A DNA stretch of 64,000 nucleotides from Minutocellus sp. GHC0000111. Lineage: Eukaryota. This document shows, piece by piece, positions 44,414 through 56,350 of this stretch. The stretch covers positions 2,418,001 through 2,482,000 of the forward strand of contig OZ361256.1 in assembly GCA_977018835.1 (NCBI GenBank), given 5' to 3'. The translations under genes and the position numbers were made by a program. Numbering within the stretch: the first letter of the stretch is position 1; every line of letters begins with the position of its first letter. The notes below the pieces were generated by a model, which ran no database searches, was not told the origin of the DNA, and saw nothing but the letters and a program-made list of their open reading frames with translations.

Positions 44414-47067
44414 ATGACGGCAGTCGAATGCTCTGTCTCGCGGGAACAGCAGCAAGGGCGGCATCGCCGGTCCACTGGTGCTAGCGGTATCCTTCCCAGG
44501 GCGGCAGCCGTAGCGCTCGCCGCCACGACCGTCCTGTCGGCGGCCACCTCCTCCAGCACTGGCCCGTCCATTCTCGTCGAGGCCTCCACCTCACCGATCC
44601 GACCGGGAGTGTAAGTCAAGTTATGCTTGCGTTACTGTTTGAGATCTGTGACAAAGTTTGTTCCGATTTGATCGGTAGCTTGCCGAAACCAGCACAGACA
44701 GCACCAGATGTGCTCCTTTTTGCTCGGTCGCATGTCGCATGTGGCTAATTGCAACGCACCAATTCAATTCAAATCGATATTGAATTGATACATGTACTTA
44801 CAATCACTCATTCTCACCTATTTACTTACCCAATCCCACCTCACTTCGCAACACATCCAGGTTCGGTAGCAAAAGACCTGTTACATTCCGACGCAACAGT
44901 CCGCTTCTCAATACCAAAGCTATCAATTCAGAGGCGACCGACAGCAAACCATCAACCTCCAGTTTGGCAGCGCTCTGCAGCCTCCGTGGTGGTGCCGACG
45001 ATGGGCCCTGCATTGGCATCGATTTGGGAACCACCTACTCGTGCGTGGCGGTTTGGCGCAACGGTCGGGTGGAGGTCTGTCCCAACGAGCAGGGAAATCG
45101 CATCACCCCCTCGTACGTGGCCTTCCAGAAGGACGGTGTGCGGCTCATTGGAGATGCGGCCAAGAATCAGGCCAGTCAGAACCCAACCCGGACGGTGTTT
45201 GATGTCAAGAGATTGATCGGGCGAAAGTTTTCGGATCCCACAGTCCAGAAGGACAAGACGTTGTTTCCCTTTGACGTGGTGGCCGATGCCAAGAGCAAAC
45301 CCACCGTGAAAATTACCGACGTCGATGGCAAGGGATCCGACAAGAAGTTTGCCCCCGAGGAGATATCTGGCATGATCCTGCGCAAGATGAAGGAGACTGC
45401 CGAGAAGTTTATCGGCACGGAAGTGAAGAGGGCCGTGGTGACCGTGCCGGCTTACTTCAATGATGCGCAGCGACAGGCGACCAAGGATGCAGGAACCATT
45501 GCTGGGTTGACCGTTGAACGTGTCATCAACGAACCGACGGCGGCTGCCATTGCGTATGGACTGGATAAGCAGGATCGTGAGGAGACCATTTTGGTATTCG
45601 ATCTTGGCGGCGGTACATTCGACGTGACGCTTCTTTCTATCGACAATGGTGAGTCCAGATGGCGTCTGGATTTTGGTTTTGTTATGTGGCAATCAATTGA
45701 AGCAGATGCAAACATACATGAGCTCTGATATTTATCTGTTACTCTCACACAATTTACTTGCTCCTCCATCCATACTACCCACAGGCGTATTTGAGGTACT
45801 TGCCACAAGTGGAAACACTCATTTGGGCGGAGAAGACTTTGATCAACGAATGATGGACTATTTCATCTCGCAGTTCAAGCGCAAGTCTGGTATTGACATT
45901 TCCAAGGACAACCGAGCTCTGCAGAGACTCCGAAAGCAGTGCGAGCAGGCCAAGCGAACTCTTTCCACGCAAACATCGGCCATGATTGACTGCGAGGCTC
46001 TTGCCAACGGCGAGGACTTTTCCGCCACCATTAGCCGCGCTAAATTCGAAGAGCTCAACATTGATCTCCTGAAGAAGACAATGACGCCTGTTACCCAGGT
46101 ACTTAAGGATGCTGGCTTGAGCAAGGACGATGTCGATGAAATCATCCTCGTCGGTGGTTCCACTCGCATTCCCAAGGTCCAGCAGATGCTCAGCGAATAC
46201 TTTGGAGGAAAGAAGCTCAACCAGGAAATCAACCCAGATGAAGCTGTGGCGTATGGTGCCGCCGTTCAGGGTGGTATCCTCTCCGGTGATGCGTCGGAGG
46301 CCACCAAGGATGTGCTCCTTCTGGACGTCGCCCCGCTCTCGTTGGGTATCGAGACTGCTGGTGGAGTCATGACGCCCATCATCAAGCGAGGCACCACCAT
46401 CCCCGTCAAGAAGAGCCAGGTGTTCTCTACCTACGCTGACAATCAGCCTGGAGTTAACATCCAGGTCTTTGAGGGCGAGCGATCCATGACCAAGTCGAAC
46501 CGTCTCCTCGGTCAGTTCGAGCTCGGTGGCATTCCGCCCGCTCCTCGTGGTGTCCCCAAGATTGAGGTTTCGTTTGATGTAGATGCCAACGGTATTCTCA
46601 GCATTTCTGCATCCGACCAGGCTTCCGGCAAGACGGAGTCGCTTACCATCACTAGTGAGAAGGGACGTCTCTCCGAGGAGGAGATTGAGCGAATGGTCGC
46701 CGAGGCAGAAGAATTCGCCGACCAGGACGCCAAGGAGAAGGAAAAGATCGAAGCACGGAATGGACTCGAGAGCAATTTGTACAATGCAAAGAATTCCATC
46801 AGCGACATGGCCAATGTCGATGAAGATGACAAGGAGAGAGTACTGAAGACAATCGACGAGGCGCTCACCTGGATGGAGGATTCGCCTGCCGCCGAGAAGG
46901 AGGAGTACGACGAAAAGCAAAAGGAGGTCGAGGGCGTTGTCAACCCCATCATGAAGAAGGCTTACGAGGGATCCGCTGGTGGAGCGGGTGACGATGGCCC
47001 TCCGGAAGATGGTTGGGAGGGTGAAGATGTTGATGGGGGCGGGCCCGAGGTAGAGGAGGTTGATTAA
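44414..47067 (+). CDS. HSP70: Hsp70 with bipartite presequence, BiP-like body and C-terminal EEVD (probable periplastid-compartment Hsp70); introns 44611-44860 and 45649-45784
   Basis: [39 protein letters not shown] and [10 protein letters not shown]. Both GT-AG introns splice in frame. A hydrophobic N-terminal stretch is followed by a Ser/Arg-rich stretch ending in LRGG. The protein ends PEVEEVD. Confidence 0.9.
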
Positions 47068-47297
47068 ACAAGATAGACACACGGGTAAGCAGCTACATAA
47101 AAACAAGAAAGCTACACATACATGTATGATATGATCTTCAACAGTATGTTATGCTTAGATTTCTAACGGATGTACCTGGTACGGCGAGCAACTGTGCAAT
47201 GGTAGCTGCTAGACGGAATGCAAAAGACTGAAAGGCACAAAACAAATGAATATTTCCCGGAACATGAACAAAGGGCGGTAATGGCTATACAAGCCCA

Positions 47298-50200
47298 TTA
47301 CAGCAGCTTCCTCTTCTTCTTTTTCTTCTTGGGTTGAGGGACTGGAACCTCGACGGCCTCGAAGGACAACTCCACCTTCTGATCTTGCATGTCATCAACG
47401 TCGACGAAGTTGCCGCTAGCTCCTCGAGGACGCTTGGAGCCTGCACCAAGACCATTGTCCATCTCACCATCCGCTTCAGCGGCAGCTGCCCTTCTCTCTC
47501 GGCGTTGTCTCTGCTCCTCCTCGATCTTTGCACGTCGTTCCTCTTCCTTTGCCCAGAGGCCGGGCTCGGGGTCTTCCGCGACGGGTTCAGCCCCGACGAC
47601 ATTGCTTGGGACCATACCGAAACGCGATCCACAGTCGACTAGGACGGGAGGTACCGGCCGAACTTCTTCGGCATCCCACGCTTTCATCATGTGGCCATCG
47701 TGGCACTTGGCCTTCTCAGCGCGTAGGTGCTCGGAGTGCTTCTTCACGAGATGCTTCTCGAGGAATTTGCGATCCTTGAACAGCTTGCGGCAAAAGTGGA
47801 AAGAGCAACGAGCTCTGCCATCTTCGTCGACGAGGGCGTGGTCGTTGATCCAGGTAGGAGTCACAGCCTCCTCGGCAGCTTCAATCTCCTTGGCGAGAGC
47901 ATTCGTCTTGTCGTCGACGGGACAATCATCCGAGGAAGCCGCGATGACGCTGGACGTCATCTCCTCCAACGCTTTGGATATGCTTTCATCGAGCCGTCTC
48001 ACCAAGAGATCCTTTGTCACTGAGGCACCACCGTCCTCGGCAGTGCCCCCCGCAGGATCAGACTCGGGCTTTTCTTCATCGAAAGGTGCCTCGGCCTCCT
48101 CCTCGGCTTTCTTCAGAATTTCGTCTGCCCCAGAAAGTCGAAGGTGGATAGTCCCGGAGGGATGCTTCCCACCAAGCACATCGCCAAGATTATCGGCTGA
48201 CGTGCATCCATTGTAGAAGGAGAAAAGGTGGACACGGCGAAGGTAGGCAATGGTAACGTCGAGGATGTCCTCGGCTTCCTGGCGGCGATCGGGGCTGGAG
48301 GAGGCGCTCTCCAGTGCCCCGGTTCCAGCAGGAAAGAGGAGCTCAAGCAGATCATCGAGCCTCGTACCTCGGGGGATAGCGGCAGCAACATCCAAAGCTC
48401 TGGAAATAGTGATGGCCTGAGCACCGTCCCTGCCAATACGGGCCGAGCTTGACACAGCAGCACTTAGGACGGAAGTGGGCTGCTCGGAGAACGGAGATGC
48501 AGTCGCAACGAACACCGTGGCCCGGCGGATCGGCAACTTGCCAGGATTGTCCTCATCATCTGGGCCAAATTCATCGGCATTGGCGGGGCCACTTCCCTTG
48601 CCATCTGCGTCGATATCATACCGTCCGTAGGGATCCGTGCAGTCGACGTCGAGCTCTAGGAATGCAGCCGGCCCTTTGCCCTTGTCCTTGTCTCCTCGGT
48701 GGCGGCGACGGTGAGAATCCTCGTTGGCCTTGGTTAGATTCTCAAGGAGATTTTCCTGCGGCACACGAACAAGAGAACAAGTAATGAATGCAACAAGGTT
48801 TAGCCATTGACAGCCAAATAACAGGTGCCACAAATAAATGAATAAAACGAAACAACAGTTCACTTACCCTCGCCTCCACACTCTCCATGACAACAAAGCA
48901 ACTGCGATCCAGAAAGCCGCCACCTCCTGAACCACCATCGCGGCGCTTCCAATGATCATGTGTGCCAACGCCCGAGGCAGAACCGTGCGAATCACCTCCG
49001 ACCGTGGTGGAATAGACCGCAACGATGCCGCCGTTGCTGCCCTTGCCGCTGGCGGCGGGCAGATCGACACGATCGGCCAGGGCATCCGACAGCTGCTTGT
49101 CGGTGACGTGACACGGCACGTCGAGGACGCGAAGGGTGCGGTTGGACGATACCGAGGCATGGACATGGGTCTGGGGGACATCCGAGGGAGCAGCAGCAGT
49201 GCTGCCACCACCCTTCTTGTCGCGGGTACCACCTGCATCGCCGCCGCGAGAGGAGCGAAGAGCAGCGTCCACCCCAACGCCCTCAGCGCTGCCGCCACCG
49301 GCACCGGCGGTACCACCCGCACCGGGCTTTTTCCCACCCGAAAGACGTGCGGCAAGGACAAAGTCACAGGGCTTGTCCTCCTCACTACCACCCCCACCCC
49401 CATCAGCATCGCCTTCCTCCTCCTTCTTGGTGATGGTAGCGGAATTTTGCTTCTCCAGACTTTCCGTGGCAACGGCAATCATAACGTGAGCCTCGTACGC
49501 CTTGCGATCGCGCTCGGTCTGCGCCACCCTCCGCCGTTCGAGGGGTGAGTACCGATTGCGGAACCAGGCATCGTCGAGGTGGTCGTTGAAGAAGGTGCGC
49601 ACGTACGACAGGCAGTACGTGGAGACGTAGTTGGAGTAGGTGGTGGTGGTGGTGGTGGTTGCCGCTTCGTCCTTGGCGGTGCCGCCATTGTCGTTTTCAG
49701 CGTCGTTCTCCTTCTTGGCCTCGTCGGCACTAATATTGGCATTGGCAGAATCCTCATTCTCATCCTTGTGCTTGTCATCACCACCATCGTCGTCGTTTCC
49801 ACCATCGTCATGTTCCTTGGCATCATCATCACCGTCTTCGGCGGCATCATCTACCTTCTTCTCCTCCGTATTGTCCTCCTTGCCGTGGTCCTTATTGTCA
49901 CCTCCCTTGACCTCCTCGTTCCACAGGTACTCGCACAGCAACGGCCCGTCGACGTAGCGTTCGGAGGGGTGGGCCTTGTGACGATGCCCGTGGCCGTGGT
50001 GTCCATGACCATGATGATGATGGTGGTGATGTCCACCTCCTCCACCTCCGTGAGAGTGTCTCCCACCGCCTCCTCCGCCGCCGCTGCGACGTCTCGACGA
50101 GGACGATCCATAGTGTCCCGATTCGGGCGAGGGAGACCGACGACGTCCACCCCCGCCTCCACCGCCGCTGGGTCCGTAATAATCTCCGCCGCCACCTCCA

Positions 50201-50775
50201 CCTCCACCCTTGCCACCGCCGCCGCCCCGGCGGGAGGAGCGCGGCCTCGGCCGGCCGGACCTGCTGCCCTCCCCCCTCCTGCTGCCGCTTCCCCCTCCGT
50301 CTCGGTCGCGATCCCCGTCGGCGGGCCCGTAGTAGCTCCCACCGCCACCGCCTCCAAAGCTGGCACCGCGCGACCGGCCGCGGGACCTGCTTCCGCTCGA
50401 TCCGCCGCGATCGTCGCCGCGATCGCGATCGCCGCGGCGGCCCCGGCCCTCGTATCCACCGCGCGACGATGAGTCGCCGCCAGCTCCACCGCCGCCGCCG
50501 CCGGAACCGCGCGCGTCGAGCCCAAACGGATCGCGGGCCAGGTCGTCTTCGGCGGCGGCGCTTCTGCCGGCACCATTACCAGCGCCGGCGCCGGCAGCGC
50601 TGTCAGCGCCGCCGCCGGTCCGCCAGTCGTCGTCCCGGTCGCGGCTGCGGCTGCGGGAGCGGTGGTGGGGGGCGGCCGCCGAGGAGGAGGTGCCGCCGCC
50701 GCCTCCATGTCCGGCCTCTCCGCCTCCTCCGCCGCCGACGGCGGGAATCTCTCTGCCAAACTCGTCGACGGGCAT
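47298..50775 (-). CDS. SRRT: SERRATE/ARS2 RNA-processing factor; intron 48867-48756
   Basis: RS/G-rich N-terminus, FFNDHLDDAWFRNRYSP, LDVTIAYLRRVHLFSFY and C2H2 finger RCSFHFCRKLFK...KHLVKKH. Confidence 0.85.
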
Positions 50776-51271
50776 GGCTTGCTACGTAGCTACTGGAGTA
50801 CGCTCTACTTTCTCAAAGTATAGCAAAGTAAGCAACGTTGGCGTGATATCTGCACCGTTCGAGGGATTGCCGAGCGAGCCAAGGGTTAACCGCGAGGAAA
50901 AGCAGGGTGTTTTCCTTGGAGCCGAGAAAACTGAAAGTTACTTGCTGTGCCGATAGATGAAAAAGCAACACGAGATGTGTGCTGCTTTTGGCAGAAATCA
51001 AAAAGATACCGACCAACACCAAGCACTCTAGGCAAACAGCTGATATATCACGATCAGCTAGCTACGCAGAGCAGCAGGACTATGAAGGTGCTGTTGTGCT
51101 ATCGCCACCCTTGGCTCGATACCGTCCAAAATGCCATGCACAGGCGTACCTAGGTACTAGGCCTAGTAGGCATGAGCGGCAGGCGTAGGCACGGCAGAGG
51201 GTTGACGGCAAGACGTCCTGAGAGCCGGTCATTTTTTTTGCTTGGACTTGTTGCTTTCATTCAGCCCCAAG

Positions 51272-52545
51272 ATGACGACGAGCAACCGCCTCCGCCGCTC
51301 CCAGCACCAACAGCCGCTACATGCATCGCAAATGCACACAAGAACATTGACATTCGTCATGACCACCCTATTTGCTTGTGCCGCGATCAGACGAGGAGGA
51401 GGTCACTGCGTCGCGTCGGCTTTTATGCCTGCTCCCTCCTCCGTGATGAGCTCGCAACTGCTGAGTCAGATGCATCAGATGCAGAGCACTCGCCTCTTCT
51501 CTTCGTCGTCGTCGTCCAAACGAATTGTCAACCATCCCCGCAAGCTCGACAAGGTGTCGGCCGAACCCAGCGAGGCCGCCGACGGCGAATTATCGTGGGA
51601 GACGTTCGATTTCTCCACCAATCCCAATTTGGACACTCGCTTTTCAGGCAATGGCAGCGACGGTGACAATGAATCGCAAAATTTGCTCAATCAAATTGCC
51701 CGCGGTCAGGATTCCGCCGAGGACTTTGCCAAGGTGACCAAACTCGAAATCAAGGACCGGGAGGCGGCCAAGAGGATGGACGAGCTCAACGAGGCCTACA
51801 AGAGCCTCACCCTGAGCTGGTATCATCGGCCATGGCCGTACTGGAACCCTACATCAATGCCGACCGAGTGGAACGCATCGACACGGTGCTGGGGCAGCGG
51901 ACGAAGCGGGCCAAATTTTTGTACGAGAATCCCTCCAACCCCTCCAATGTATGGGCGTGCCTCCGCACCGTCGATTCCTTTGGGGTGCAGAACGTCGACG
52001 TCATCATCGACTCGGGCATGTACGAGGGCAAGATGGCCATCAGCGCCAAGTCCGGGATGAGGACGGCCATGGGCAGCGCCAAGTGGCTGACGCTGCGCAA
52101 CCACATGAGCACGGCCGATGCCGTCGCCCAGATCAAGGCCCAGGGTTATCAGATATGGGCCACCGATCTCAATCCTGACAGTGTTGATGTGCGAGAATTG
52201 GACTGGGATGCCGCCGGTCCCGTGTGCGTGGTGATGGGCAACGAAGAGCGGGGCATATCGGAAGAGATGCGCGGGTTGGCCGACAAGACCTTCACGTTGC
52301 CCATGTGCGGCTTTGCCGAGAGCTTCAACCTGAGCGTCGCCACGAGCATCACATTGGCGCACATGAGCAGCAAGAGCGATGGGGAGGGGAACGGACCGCT
52401 CCGACCGGGCGATCTGGACGAGCATGAGCTGGCGTGTCTTCGCCTCAAGGGATTGCTTGGGAGTTTGCCTCAGCGTCGAATGGGCAAGGCTCTGTTGAAG
52501 CAGAATGGCATCGTGTTGCCCGATCAAATCATGTCGTTGCTCTAA
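51272..52545 (+). CDS. SpoU/TrmH-family RNA 2'-O-methyltransferase with plastid-type presequence; frameshift at C run 51810-51812
   Basis: ENPSNPSNVWACLRT, VMGNEERGIS and LPMCGFAESFNLSVA SPOUT motifs. The presequence contains ASAF. Adding one C fuses the two ORFs. Confidence 0.85.
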
Positions 52546-52587
52546 AGATTTACTCTACGTGTCCAATATTCTACGATGCACAACACA

Positions 52588-53955
52588 TTACACCGCCGCG
52601 AAGGGTATGGCGTCCTCACCCTCCTCGCCATTGCCATGGCCAACGTTCAGAATTACCTCGCCAGCTTCTTCGCCTAGTTTCTCGTCTTTCTCATCCAGCA
52701 TATTCACTGAAACTTCGCTAGCTTTCCTCTCGCGGACTACAATCACTCTGACACCGCTACTGAGTGCAATCTTTTCATCGGCATAATTGGTTTCGGTCTG
52801 TACTTGTGCATCCTCTTGCATCGATGCATCGTAAGGTTCAACAGCCGAGCAGATGTGCTTTGCCTTGGTCTGGCCACAGAGACGGCACTTGTAGCTCCCT
52901 CTCTTGCCGCGCGACCCAGGTCCTTTGACCGGCCGGCGCTCGAACGGACTCTTTTGTTTTTTCGACGACGACGCCTTCTTCTTCTTGGGCCGCCTTCTTC
53001 TCCATCTCTTTGTTTCTGGGACCTCTTCAATTTTACCAACTTCGTCTGCAGGAGAGCTGTGGTCGTTTCTACTCCAAGTATTAGGAGCACATGCCACTCC
53101 CGTTGGGGCCATGGTCGATGGGTGAATGGCCATACCAAAGCTGTGGGATACTGGAATATATTCACTATATCCCTGGGCTCCGTTGACTGTCATCCCTGCA
53201 ACAGGCGGGTTGGCATTTGGTAGTGTGTTGTACTCGACATAGACGCCACCGCCGCTAAAGTTGTTCGAAGGCTGATATTGATTCGCTACACAAAATGGAT
53301 CACAAGGAGCAACTCCCCAAGCCTTTGGTTCATATGGCTCGTCGCGATTGCCAACCAAGGAGTGAGAGAACCCTCTGAATTCGGATCCCTGTCGTTGCTC
53401 ATCATTTGCCGCTGCACATGGTATGGCAGGTGACTCATTCGGTGCTGATATTGCTGCCGCAGCCGCGGCTGCGATGAGGGCGAGGGCGGATCCGGTATCC
53501 TCTGGAGAGAGTGGCTGCTTGTAATGGACAGGAGAAATCTTGGTGCTGTCGGCGACTTGCACGGCATCTTCGCCTGCGTCTTGTGTCTCTTCATTGCATC
53601 CAAGAGAGCTCGAATTTGTTCTACCGGCCGACGATTCGACGTGACTGGAAGTAGATTTGTCGCTGTCTTCTCCTAATATGCGTTGAATTTCGACATTGAT
53701 ATCAATGGTGTCATCAGACGATGTTGGCTTGATAAGATCGGCGTTGGGATCAATATCAATAGAACGAGAAGAGATATGGCTATTCATTGAGCTGCGTCGG
53801 GACGACTGCATCGGGATGCTATTTGATGCCATACTGAACACCTTCGTGCTTGAGCTTTGCGCTGGCAGCGCCCCGGCAGGAAGCTCACATGGACTCGGCA
53901 TCCTCGGAAGCGCCGAAGAATGTCCAACGTTCAGATCACTACCGTCGCAGCTCAT
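52588..53955 (-). CDS. Hypothetical low-complexity protein with NLS-like basic patch and CCHC-type zinc motif
   Basis: KRWRRRRPKKKK followed by YKCRLCGQTKAKHIC. Confidence 0.55.
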   Translation of the reverse strand: MSCDGSDLNVGHSSALPRMPSPCELPAGALPAQSSSTKVFSMASNSIPMQSSRRSSMNSHISSRSIDIDPNADLIKPTSSDDTIDINVEIQRILGEDSDKSTSSHVESSAGRTNSSSLGCNEETQDAGEDAVQVADSTKISPVHYKQPLSPEDTGSALALIAAAAAAAISAPNESPAIPCAAANDEQRQGSEFRGFSHSLVGNRDEPYEPKAWGVAPCDPFCVANQYQPSNNFSGGGVYVEYNTLPNANPPVAGMTVNGAQGYSEYIPVSHSFGMAIHPSTMAPTGVACAPNTWSRNDHSSPADEVGKIEEVPETKRWRRRRPKKKKASSSKKQKSPFERRPVKGPGSRGKRGSYKCRLCGQTKAKHICSAVEPYDASMQEDAQVQTETNYADEKIALSSGVRVIVVRERKASEVSVNMLDEKDEKLGEEAGEVILNVGHGNGEEGEDAIPFAAV

Positions 53956-54270
53956 GGTTGTCGTACTCGTCTCACGAAGAAAAATGACAATGTTAGGTCC
54001 ATTGTGATGCATCTGGACAGATGTCTACAAGAACCATTGCTCGTTGGCCCATCCGTCTTTGCCAAGCCAGCGCGGAATCACGAGGCTGAAAGTGATTGAA
54101 ATGGACTGACAATGCCTAGACCTACAAAGTGACAGGAAGCGGCTCCCATCTAATAAAATACTCGCCAAGTACCAATGGCAAGTCTGAAAGTAAGCATCGC
54201 TACTTTGCTTTGCCTCTTATGCCCAATAGTTGACGCAAATTGGTGACCACCACATCCCAAGATTCCATCT

Positions 54271-54504
54271 CATTTCCGGGTTGAGTCAACAAGTGAACCC
54301 ACTGGTTGCTCTAGCAACCCCAGCGATGCTGCCGTAGAAGGCGCCATTCCAGGTGGTGACATAAGATCACAAGGCGATGCAATCATTCGCGGCTTTGAGA
54401 AAGAACTTGTACAAATACGGAAAGAGATCGTTATCGAGGCCGAAGATTTAATGTTGCGGCATCGTTTAGCGAGGAGCGTTGACGACGATGAAAACGACGT
54501 GTGA
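54271..54504 (+). pseudogene. Possible orphan 3' gene fragment
   Basis: Start-less open frame ...IIRGFEKELVQIRKEIVIEAEDLMLRHRLARSVDDDENDV* followed by an AT-rich 3'-like region. Confidence 0.25.
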
Positions 54505-54654
54505 CTATGATCACTTGAATTCAACGCTAATCTCCAATTTATATATACTTGCAACTAATTACACACGCATACATGTAACTCGCAGCATTAGACACATGTA
54601 GACAAGAGCATTCTTCGCGCTGTCGCGAGCGCATTTTATTGACGCTCTGGCACG

Positions 54655-55791
54655 TCAGCTGCCGCTCTTCTCGCCGTCAAGCACATTGTGCATGTGCATC
54701 GCCTCTTTCATCCGTCTCTTTAGCTCTGCCGAACCCTTGCAGTCCTCCCGATGGCCGCCATTCTTGCGATTCCAGTGCAGCTTTTGGCATTCCCGGCTAC
54801 AATAACAAAATGTGTGACATCCTCGACAGAACTTGCGCTGCTGGCCATCAAAAGTGACGCCACAGCCACCGCATGTGTCCCGCATCTGACGGAGCTTGCG
54901 TCGGAAGTTAATTAGTTCTGAAACTGCATTCTTCTTGCTTTCCAGAGAAACGAAAGAGACCTCGGATATCGTAACCTTAGCCATCCAATACTTTGCCTCG
55001 ATGATTTTGCCGAGCTCCAAAGCACATGTCATTGCTTTGTGCACTGCGACTGCAGTGCTTTTCATTTTGGTCGAGCTCAATGCAGCAGAAGTGAAGGATT
55101 CGTAAGCCAGGGTCTGGCTGCCTTCACGCTCGTGCACCATGCCGAGAAGGGTGAAGGCACGTTGTAAGATGGGATCTGGTCCCTCGGCGGTGAGCGAAAG
55201 AAGAAGTGTCTTCCCTTTAGTGTCTCCTTCACTTGTACCAAGCCCTAGGTAGTTGGTTGCCATCTCTGAAAGGGCCTTGACACATTTCCTTGGGTGAACA
55301 CCAGCTTCCAGGGCTGACTCAAACCAGTGCTGTGCTCTTGCCGATTTCTCCCGCACACCGCGGCCGTGCATGTAGCAAAATCCGATGCTGCACATCGCAT
55401 CAGGATGGCCTTTCTTCGCCGATTTTTCGGCCCACCGAAATGTTTCGGTATCAGACGGTCGCAGACTGTCAGCACCATGGGCATAACACGTGGCGAGGAA
55501 AAATTGGGCCCAGACATGGCCCATCTTGGCATTCTTCTTTGTCTAGCTGAGAATGGTGCTGGGCGAACTATACCGAGTTATTTTCCGGCAACAGGGGCAT
55601 GAATAATAAACCTCTGCACCAGGAAGACAAGTAGAATTACAAATACTCTTACCACAGCACACCATGACGGTAGATGCAACGGTGCACTCTCCCTCAGTTG
55701 ACACCGAACAAATAGCACATGCCATGGGGTCATCGTTGGTGTTGACAACGCCCTTGAGGGGATGGGCCAGACCCGTCGTGATCTTGCTCAT
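54655..55791 (-). pseudogene. RING-like + Sel1-repeat + MYND zinc-finger protein with in-frame TAG at 55545-55543
   Basis: CAIC...CCGKSIC...CPCCR; Sel1-like GHVWAQFFL and GHPDAMCSIGFCYMHGRGV; MYND CGGC...CRGC...YCSRECQKLHW...HREDC. The frames are continuous across ILS*TKKNAKMG. Confidence 0.8.
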
Positions 55792-56350
55792 GTTTTGGAG
55801 TTGTTTCTGATACCGCCTCGAAAATTTGTTAATTCAACTGTGCCACCGATTGCACGACGGATGCCACCGACAACGAGGGTAGGTTCCACTGCGAAGCCAA
55901 AGAGAATGCTGAAGAGAACGATTGTGTGGCTAGCTACATATCGCCAGAACCAGCAAGTGATGGCATGGTCGGCAGAATCGGCTTCGCTCATCTATCATCT
56001 CGGCAAGCTTGGTCCGGCCGTCCCTTGCGCCGTCGGCGGCGGCATCTTTCGATTTGACGCTCACCGAAACCTTGACTTCCGCCGCGCGTGCATCGGCGCG
56101 GCGCGGCTCGGCCTGCCGACACATCGTGCTACATGCATGGTACTCGTACCACTGGTCTACGACCACCAATTGGATTATCTGCAAGGCGACCATATCCGCG
56201 TTTGTCCTTACACTATTTACTCTCAGCGGCTTAGGTCTAGGAATCCACCAGCATCATCACATCGATTGAATTCGCAGGCGTATCTTTGCGTTGGCGCGGC
56301 GACAAAAAGCTCCTCGGCGGTGCTGACGAGTAGGCCTCCCCTTGCAAAGG

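Noticed and set aside
44964..45728. Intron-retained Hsp70 ORF ending in IHEL, resembling an ER-retention signal
   Set aside because: It would truncate the ATPase domain, and a canonical GT-AG intron (45649-45784) restores the frame. Likely coincidence.
464..52545. Functional cluster of RNA-metabolism genes (WDR75, exonuclease fusion, RGG protein, ARS2, SpoU)
   Set aside because: They are scattered among unrelated genes on both strands, with no evidence of co-regulation.
14519..55545. Stop-codon reassignment (e.g. TAG as sense) to explain the in-frame stops
   Set aside because: All three stop types occur, the expected residues differ (E in ClpB, probably W in RAD5), and TAG terminates other genes normally (8350, 41419).
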